From an uncultured bacterium (GTDB lineage Bacteria > Patescibacteriota > Gracilibacteria > Absconditabacterales > Absconditicoccaceae), in the NCBI GenBank assembly GCA_946408385.1, contig CAMJSB010000001.1, positions 36,347 through 100,346 of the forward strand: a stretch of DNA of 64,000 bases, written 5' to 3'. Below the pieces are notes generated by a model. The model did not search any database. It was not told the origin of the DNA and worked only from the letters and a program-made list of their open reading frames with translations. Every line of letters begins with the position of its first letter. Position 1 is the first letter of the stretch. Made by a program: the position numbers and the translations under genes. This document shows positions 55,484-64,000 of the stretch, piece by piece.

Positions 55484-56290
55484 ATGCAGTTACTTTCACG
55501 ACGACCACGAAAAAAATCACAAAAATCAAAAAGAAAAATACTAGTTATTTCCTGATGATGAGCTCGCTGAACTTATGCACTTTGAATTATGAAAGCTATG
55601 GAAGAATGTAATATAAAATCTGAGATTGATGCAATATACGGAGTAAGCATCTGAGCTATTGTCTGATCAGTTTGGTCAAATGGGATGAATGCTGAAGAGA
55701 TTCTCGAATTATTAACAAATTTATCCATCAGAGATTTTTATTGAAGAGACATACTCACAAAATCATGAGGTTTTGTATCAAGTAAAAAAATTGAATCATT
55801 ATTAAATGAATATTTACCAAAACACTTTGAAGATTTAAAAATTCCTTTCTATGCTTGATCCGTAGATACAAATAATGCTGAATATAAATTATTTCATGAA
55901 TGAGATTTACGTAAAATTGTACTTGGGAGTATGTCAATCCCTGGAGTTTTTCCACCTGTAAAATATTGAGAGTTTTCACTAGTTGACTGATGAGTATTGA
56001 ATAATTTCCCTGTAGATATAGCTAAAAACGATTATCCAAATCATGAAATAATCTGAATTGCTTTAAACAAATTTCAAACAAATCAAAAGATTAAAACAGC
56101 TTTTGACAACCTTTTGATAACTTTCGAAGTTATGATGCGTTCAAAATTGCTTGAAAATACAAAATATGTCGACTATTTATTTTATAGAGAACTACCTATT
56201 CAGGTTTTATCTTTAAGCAAAAAGCAAATGCACGAAACATTTGCCTTATGATATGAAGATTGAATCAAAATGTTTAAACATAATAATTAA
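55484..56290 (+). CDS. Patatin-like phospholipase
   Basis: SGGGARG, GVSIG, VDGG. Confidence 0.92.
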
Positions 56291-57198
56291 CTAATACCTC
56301 TCACAGATTCATCCTTTCACTGAGCCATCACATCTGAACCTCATCCTCTGAGATTATATTTTCTTGCCAATTCTTTTGCTGAAATTGCGCCATCTGTAAT
56401 AATCACATAATTTCACTCATCTGTATAGAGTAGAATTGATTTATCTGATGGAAATATTTCTTTTACAATTCCAGTCAATGCTTTGAAATTTGTACCAACT
56501 GGCAATTGAATAATTTTTGAAAAATCAGAATTTGAACGACTCTGAGCTGACTGCAAAATAGTACGAATTGATGCAGTTTCTAGCGATTCTACACGTTGCT
56601 GTAATTCAGAATTTTCCTTGGCATATTTAGAGATTTTTTCATTAATCTGTGCATATGATTTTACATCTAATGTCCTGGATGCTCAATCTAAAATCTCTTC
56701 ATAATTATGTAATTTTTCAATAACTTTTGGTCATGTATATGCTGTAATTCTTTTGATTCATGATGCCACAGCCTCCTGCGAAATAATAGTAAATGCTCAA
56801 ATTTCCTTGGTATTTGAAACATGAGTTCATCCACAAAGTTCTACTGAAATATTTTCATCACCATCGTGAACACGAATTACACGCACCTCATCTCAATATT
56901 TTTCCTCAAAAAATGCCTTTGCTCAGAGTTTTACTCATTCTTCAAAACTAGTTTCAATCAAATCTACAGGAAATGCTTTGAATATAGTCTGATTTACTTT
57001 ATTTTCTATATCGCGAATCTGCTCTGGAGTAAGTAAATTATTTGCATAAAAATCAAATCTCAACAAATCTTCATCAACTAAAGATCCAGCTTGTTTCGTA
57101 TTTGGAAAAATTTTAGCCAGTTCAGCATGCAAGAGATGAGTAGCCGTATGAGCCCTCATTTTAGCATATCTCTGATCCATATCTATTGCAAGTTTCAT
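56287..57198 (-). CDS. Stand-alone AlaRS editing (tRNA_SAD) + C-Ala domain protein (303 aa)
   Basis: RAHTATHLLH, QAGSLV..LRFDF, KAFFEEKYGDEVRV, SVELCGGTHV, VASGIKRITA, RGGGSDVMAQG. Confidence 0.88.
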
Positions 57199-57223
57199 CT
57201 TCTTACCAAAATTCTAATTTAAA

Positions 57224-57574
57224 TTATTGAGTAATTGTAATATCTGTTCATAAATCCCCCTGCCTTACATCCTCAACCTCTCAGTTTTCAAGTGGAACAG
57301 AAATAGTCTGATCCATTTCATTAGATTCCTCCTCATCAGATACAACTATTGGAGCACTTGTATTTTCAGGATTTTCAGGATCTATTTCTGGCAAAATAAG
57401 AGTCTGTTCTAATCAACTATTTTCTACAATTCAAGTATTTACTCAATCAACATTCTCCTCTACTTGTTTTGATGGAACCATATAAACTACATAAACCAAA
57501 ATCAAAGACAATGCCATAAAAACTACACAAATTCGAATAAAAATTCTAACTGCTAAAGGTTTACTATGTCTCAT
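57224..57574 (-). CDS. Single-TM acidic hypothetical protein
   Basis: 116 aa with an N-terminal TM and an acidic tail. Confidence 0.65.
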
Positions 57575-57671
57575 TACATTAATTTAAATAAAATAAAAAA
57601 ATCTAAAAAGAATTGTATTTTTACTTAGTATTTTTTCAAGAGATTTATTTTTATCACAATAAAAGCAATAT

Positions 57672-58040
57672 TTAAAAAGACTCCTTCAAAAAAAGAGTCT
57701 TTCATCAATTTCAAGCATAGTCTATTTCTCTATCCGCTAGGAAAAAGAACGTTAAAAGAGTCGTAAAGACACCCAAAACAACTGCCGTACTTAAAAACAC
57801 CAAAGCTAAAAATACCGAAAGTAAACATACAGCAAACGAACAAGTAAAGATCGGATAATAATCATTTCCATGATCATTCTCCCATCCTTCCGTTTTACGC
57901 CGATGGAATCGTACCAATAAGGCACAAACTACGGCTACTAATACTAAACAAACGCACATTAGTGGCCCCTCCACAAACGAGTAGATCAACCCATTCGCAA
58001 TTCCACATAGAACCACTCCGATCCAAATCATTTTTATCAT
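57672..58040 (-). CDS. Orphan multi-TM membrane protein (would end at 57711 if TGA were stop)
   Basis: Hydrophobic ORF with upstream TTGACT-17-TAAAAT. TGA AAT TGA TGA lies just before a terminator hairpin. Confidence 0.65.
57676..57702 (-). terminator. Terminator hairpin
   Basis: AAAGACTC...GAGTCTTT. Confidence 0.6.
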
Positions 58041-58104
58041 ACTTCTTTAGTTTTTGTTAGATTATAATTTTATACAAAAAATTCTCCGAGTCAAGATGTA
58101 GTTT

Positions 58105-59493
58105 CTAATGTCACTTAAACACTACTCCAAATGTAGCACAAATCACATACAAATCCATTGCTAACGACCAATTCTGAATGTAATACAAATCTAGTCTAGC
58201 TTCTTCTGAAAATGGCAAATTATCTCTACCAAAAACCTGAGCATATCACGTAATTCATGGCTTGATACTCAAAACTCTCCTCTCCCATTGTTCGTACTGT
58301 TCCACTTCTTTTGGTAAATGTGGACGCGGTCAAACTAACGACATACTTCACCATAAGACTTGGAACAACTGAGGCAATTCATCAAGTGAACTCTTACGTA
58401 AAAATCTTCAAACCTTTGTCACACGTGGATCATCTTTAATCTTTGGTAATACTCATTTACGATTGTTAGCATCTGATGCTATCAATTTTGCATACAATTC
58501 ATCAGCTTTCTTTCATCCATATCATACACACATCTCCGTTTTCATAGTACGAAACTTATAAAATGTGAATAATTTTCATCATTTTCAGACTCTCTTTGAT
58601 TTATAGATTGCTGGTCATTTTGAGTCAATCTTGATAATAATAGCTATAATTATCATTGGAATAGCAAATACTATCAAAGCGATTGTCGCCATAATAAGGT
58701 CAAATATTCTTTTCCATACCAATGACCGTCAATCAAGCTGTGAATGTGTATACTCCATCGCAACGATTGATCAGATTTTTTCAGGTTTATAAACTACATC
58801 TTCCAGGAAAAATCCTTCACTTACATGGAAAAATCTCGTATCATAAAATCTGATTTTTTCAAATATATTTTGTAAAACTTCTTGTTTGATATTTCCTACT
58901 ACAACCGCAATTGAATACTTTGATAAATCTACTGAATCTACATCATCACTTACGATAGCCTCAGTCGGAAATGAAAAATTTCACTTTAATTTATCCAATA
59001 ATTCTGAAGATTTATTCAAATTATCCGAGATAATAAGAACTTTATTTCACTTCTTTTTTTGCAATTTAAAGTCTAAACGGTACCAAATCTGATCAAAAAA
59101 GAACAAAACTACATATGCGATAATTGCTGAAATCAAAATAATATACCTCGAAATTCAGAAATTAAATATGAATCACTGACCAAAATATGAAACAAATGCA
59201 CTACAAATAAACCAATAAATTCGTACTTTTGATAATTTTTGGATATAATTTCATGTCTGTTTATTCAATTCATACAAATTTTTTATCAATCCTATAAATA
59301 CAAATATTCATGCGGACAATAGAGCAAACAAAGCCAATTCGTGTCTATTAATCCACGGAGTTTCGTGAAAGATTTTTCACATAAAATCCCCCCACAATCT
59401 AGATTTATATGCTAATCGAAATACTGCTAAAATTATTAAAAAATGTAGAGCAGGCCTACATAAACGGAAGATTTTTAGTCGTCTAGTATTCAT
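58105..59493 (-). CDS. Polyprenyl-phosphate glycosylphosphotransferase (WcaJ/CpsE-like)
   Basis: [49 protein letters not shown]. Confidence 0.93.
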
Positions 59494-59590
59494 AAAATTG
59501 TTTTTTATGAAATAAAACTATTTTTAGTATTCAAAAAAGTATCAATATTTCAAGTGCAGATTTTATAACTATCATATTTCAAGCAAATTC

Positions 59591-59903
59591 CCTCCCCGAT
59601 AAATCGGGACATCCACCTTATCAAGTGGGAAATATTTCTCCTCCTGATAAAGAGGGGTTGGGGAGATTCGCAGCACAAGATTCTTCGCTATGGTTTATGC
59701 CGCTAAGCGGTACTCAGAATGACGAGTATGATACTTAAAATGACAAAATTGTGTAAGTATATCATTCTGAAGCCGATGTATCGGCCGAAGAATCCAGATG
59801 AGTCATGTTTTCTGGATTCTTCGGCTTCGCCTCAGAATAACAACAAAGCACCTAAAATTTTCACCCAGCTTAGCTGAGTAAACTAATGCTCAGAATGACG
59901 AGC
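59591..59903. repeat. Cluster of palindromic REP-like elements
   Basis: ATCATTCTGA..CGAAGAATCCAGA...TCTGGATTCTTCG..CTCAGAATAAC at 59761-59841, extra CTCAGAATGAC half-copies, and nested hairpins at 59591-59670. Confidence 0.75.
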
Positions 59904-60362
59904 TTAAGATTTTCTCAACTCTCGCATAAAAATAGCTGTACTCTGACCGACATTCATTGATTCTTTAATTCATTGCATTGGGATTTCTACCACAGTGTCC
60001 ACTTCTTTCAAAGTCTTCTCCATCACTCAATCGACTTCATTCCCAAATATCACAGCAATTCAATTTTCAGATTTACAAGCATATTCTCATAATGGAACAG
60101 AATTTTCTGTAAGTTCTGCTGCTATAATTTCAAGTCACATTTCACGAGCCTCATCTATCGCATCAATTGTAAAATCAAACTGTCTAAGTCAGACTGTATT
60201 TTCTGCTCAAAGTGAAGTCTTACAAACCTTTGGATTATCCAATGGTGATGGGGTGTATCACACAATTCGCACTTCTCGTCAGAGTGAATCAGCAGTACGA
60301 ATAATATTTCAGACGTTATATGCTGAACGAATATTCTCGAGAATTACTATTCTTTTAGACAT
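59904..60362 (-). CDS. TrmH/SpoU family RNA methyltransferase
   Basis: ENIRSAYNVGNIIRTAD, FGNEVDG, IPMQGIKESMNVG. Confidence 0.93.
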
Positions 60363-60510
60363 GGTAGATTTCGTTTTTAATAAATTCAAATTATTATTTA
60401 TTATAGATAATAACCATCATAAATCAAAATAATTTTTTCATTTGACAACGAGACTTAGATTTCTATATTGAAAGTGCCAAATCATTATACATACGAGAAT
60501 TAAAGTAATC

Positions 60511-60632
60511 ATCATTCTGAACTGTCATCCTGAGTGTAACGAAGGAACTTAGGTGTTTTACAGCTTTACAAATGATTTTAAGCATGATACTTAAGATTCT
60601 TCGTCGTCTTTATATTCCTCCTCAGAATGACA
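60511..60632. repeat. Palindromic REP-like element
   Basis: TGTCATCCTGAG..CGAAGGA...AGATTCTTCG..CTCAGAATGACA. Confidence 0.75.
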
Positions 60633-60704
60633 AAATAATATGATTTGGTAACAGTAAATGTTACCTTTTTAAATTCTCTTAATTTTATCCCTTCTTTTTG
60701 TTGA

Positions 60705-61523
60705 ATGAAGCTAGTTTCTGTTTTGATATGTACATACAATGCAGAAAAAACTATAAAACATACATTAGAATCTTGTCTAAATCAAACTTATAAAAATTTT
60801 GAAATACTGATTCACGATGATCAATCTTCAGATAAAACCTTAGATGTAATCAATAGTATATGAGATAAAAGAATTAGAATTGTAAAATCTTGAAAAAATT
60901 TATGACCATATAAAGGTTTAAATTTTTTGTTGGATTCAGCCAAATGAGAGTATATTGCTATACAAGATCATGATGATTTATGGTATCCTGAAAAGCTAGA
61001 AAAACAAGTAAAATTTTTGGAAGAAAATAAGAAATATGTATGATGCTGAACTAAAACATTAATGCGATACGAATGAGACAATAAATGATTTGAATATTAT
61101 TTGGAAGAAGAAAATTACTATACACTCCATCCATCGTTAATGTTTAGGAACAACTGATATCGTTACGTAGGAAATAGAGTATATATGTGAGATGCTTATT
61201 TTCAAAAAAAAGTTTTGTGCAAATGAAAAAACTTAATCTGAAATATAGATGAAACTTTGGCTGTACATCGCATTAAAAAATGATCAGAAAATTATAGCTA
61301 TAAATGGTTTAAATATACAAAAACGAATATTTCTACAATTTTTGAGTTACATCCTATTTGATATTGAATATTATGTATTTGATTTGAAACTTTAAGGAAA
61401 GTTTTTTATCCAATATTACATAAAATTAAAAAAGATAGTTGGATTGATAAAATTGAAAGGTTCCCTTTTATATTACAAGGAAAGAAAATTAGAAAACTTG
61501 AAGAAAGAGAATTTAATTTTTAG
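60705..61523 (+). CDS. Glycosyltransferase family 2
   Basis: VSVLICTYN, IHDDQSSD, YIAIQDHDD, KLEKQ. Confidence 0.92.
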
Positions 61524-62502
61524 TTTTTTTCAGCTGTCTTTTTCTATAATCCATAAATTTAGGGATTAAGTAATTGATAATCTTATATCTTAGAGCAGGA
61601 AAAGGTTTCATAATAAAATTGAAAACATACCAACAAACAAAATACAATCTCCATCATTGTTCATCTGGAGCATCTTTTCGATATGTCATTCATAAATATT
61701 TTTTATAATCATCTCTATATTTATGATGATTTCAAGCTCTCCATGGCCTTTCTTCTCAGAGATAATGGATAATTATAGGATTTTTCACTGATTCCATATA
61801 TTCGTTTTTTGAAAAATAAGGAACTTTACCCATCAATTTTTTCATAAACCAATATGGATATTGTCGAAAAATATTATAGAAATTATATTTAGGAGGGAGA
61901 ATATAAATTTCATCTTTCATGGAGGCATTAATTGCATCTTGATCATTTGCAAAGAGTTGACCATCATGTTCTCTATAGTAATCTATAATCGTTTTTCATG
62001 CTCTGATTTCTCTGAATCTTTTCATATTAATTAGTAAAACTCATGCATTACAATATGGATAATCATGAAGTCATAAAGCATCTTTTCTTGTTTTATCTTC
62101 TGTTGGTTCGATACTCATTCAAATAGTTTTATCACTCATATCCGTTTCCCATAGTTCTTTTAGACTTCATCTCACAATAGTATCTCAATCAAGATAAATT
62201 AATTTATCGATATTATCTGGTAAAATTTTATCTATTAATAATCTGGCCAATACAATAGGATTCCGTCAATTTGTATCAAAGTTAAAATCAAAATATTCTT
62301 TAAGAGGTTTTAACTCATAAATAAATAATTCATTATCATATTTTTTAGCTAATTTCTTCAACTCATTTTGATTCTTTTCAGTTATTCATGCAGAAATGAT
62401 ATGAAAATTTACCGTTCATTTCTCGTTGTTCTCACATACAGAGCAGATTCATGCCGCAACTTGGGGAACAAATTTGTCATTAAGAGTGTAGAGAATATAC
62501 AT
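61513..62502 (-). CDS. Glycosyltransferase family 8
   Basis: G(W)NPIVLARLL, IYLDGDTIV, CNAGVLLIN, NDQDAIN, IIHYLGEERPW. Confidence 0.92.
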
Positions 62503-62512
62503 TATAACGGGG

Positions 62513-63478
62513 TTATTTAATAAATATATTTATTAAAAAAATTAATACAGCTGATATCCTAAATTTTGTAAAAAATATGAATAAATTAATTATTAAATTA
62601 ACTTTAAATGATTCTCAATACTGTCGATAAAACCGAATATTTCAATATTCTTTTTGAATATAATTATAGTTAAATAAATAGATATTATTCACATTAGATG
62701 GAGATTTATAAACAATAATATCTTGAATTAGAGTTTTTAACAAAAAAAATTTTACCATTTTTTTACTATATTTTGTGGGATTTATTACTTTTATTAAATC
62801 TTGTAATAAACTATTTAAGGTATCCCCGTTTAAAACCATATTTTTCAAATTAGCTGTTAATGAATTTGGATTGCTGTATTGATAATTTACATAGTCATCC
62901 TTTGATAAAATTTTAATATTATTAGTTGAAGAAAAAGCACTTATTGCAAATAAAACATCTTCATGAATTTTATATGATTTAAAATAAATATCGTTATCGA
63001 TTAACAATTTACGCTTATACAACTTAAAAACGGTTGCTGTAAATCTAAATTGGTTTCGTAATCAGTTTTTTTCATTTGGTACGATACGATTAACTATTTT
63101 CTTTCAATGCAAAATCTTAATCCCGCTTATAATGATATCTGTATCTTTATCTAAATATTCAACAAGATTTTCAATAGCGTCTAATTCTAAAGCATCATCA
63201 CAATCCACAAATGTAATAAAATCTCATTTTGAATTTTTTATTCACATATTTCTTGCAATTCAAGCTCCTTGATTTTTTTGTGAAAAAACTTTAATTCTTT
63301 TATCTTGTTCTGAAAAAATTTTCAATAATTCTAATGAATTGTCTGTAGATCAATCATTTACACATATAATTTCTATATTTTTGTATGTTTGATTTATAAG
63401 ACTATCTATACATCTTTTTAAGTATTTTTCTCAATTGTAACATGGAATAACGGCAGATATGGCTTTGCTTAGACTCAT
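62513..63478 (-). CDS. Glycosyltransferase family 2
   Basis: SAVIPCYNGEKYL, VNDGSTD, ARNMGI, FVDCDD. Confidence 0.92.
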
Positions 63479-63511
63479 TTTATTATGATTAATAAAATAA
63501 TGTAAAAAGCA

Positions 63512-64000
63512 TTATCAAATTAATGATAAAATATTTGTTTCAATTGAACTAGTAAAGTTTTTACGTAAATCTTGCTGTATATTATTTCATTCTATATCCC
63601 AAAAATCTATTACATCATGTCATAATAAATTTTCTTTATACATTTTTTTGTAAATCTTCTTGTCAACACAGGGACAATAATAATCTGGATAGTATATTAT
63701 TTGTGGTATTCATTCATAAAAAACTTTAAATACATCATTTAATCAATTTCTCTCAGAAATGAATAATTCTATATTTCCATTCTCAGCTAGCCAAATAACT
63801 TCTTGGTAATTCAGTTTTTCAACTATTATATTCTCATATCATTTACTTCTTTCATTATTATACACCGAGTTTATAACAAATTTTAAATTTGTTTTTTTTG
63901 ATATCTGTGTTAGTTTGTTTATATAGGTTTTAAATGATATCATATCATTTCTTGCTAATTTATAACTTTTATTCTCTAAATTACATAAAATTATTTTACC
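63512..64000 (-). CDS. Partial hypothetical protein in the polysaccharide locus
   Basis: Open frame running in from the window edge (…ELFISERNGLNDVF…). Confidence 0.6.

Noticed and set aside
59591-59903. Possible CRISPR array or tRNA
   Set aside because: Repeats are inverted, irregular and degenerate. No cloverleaf or T-loop is visible.

Overview
Very AT-rich bacterial chromosome segment that is read with an alternative genetic code, so the supplied standard-code ORF track is fragmented and mostly misleading. TGA is Gly throughout (code 25), and CGA/CGG repeatedly fall at positions where the protein families have Trp. That combination points to Absconditabacteria (SR1, CPR). Re-read in this code, the window contains the following. 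(1) A defence block: a fused restriction-methylase, an inserted OLD-type ATPase-TOPRIM gene and an S subunit, with dinB upstream. (2) A ~1 kb non-coding region with a palindromic dif-like site at an apparent G-to-C skew switch, a probable replication terminus. (3) A second OLD-type nuclease and a membrane-anchored HTH protein. (4) Housekeeping genes: sufU/iscU, engB, eno, splB-like, dnaB, mutL, secG, ftsA, ftsZ, cmk, two pduL, an AlaRS editing/C-Ala half and a trmH-like gene. (5) A ~4,466-aa giant secreted protein and three SLH-like surface proteins. (6) A polysaccharide locus. (7) Several solitary orphan ORFs that avoid the recoded codons, and a palindromic repeat family with one copy in frame inside a CDS. 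All coordinates and translations were derived by eye. No database searches were run.
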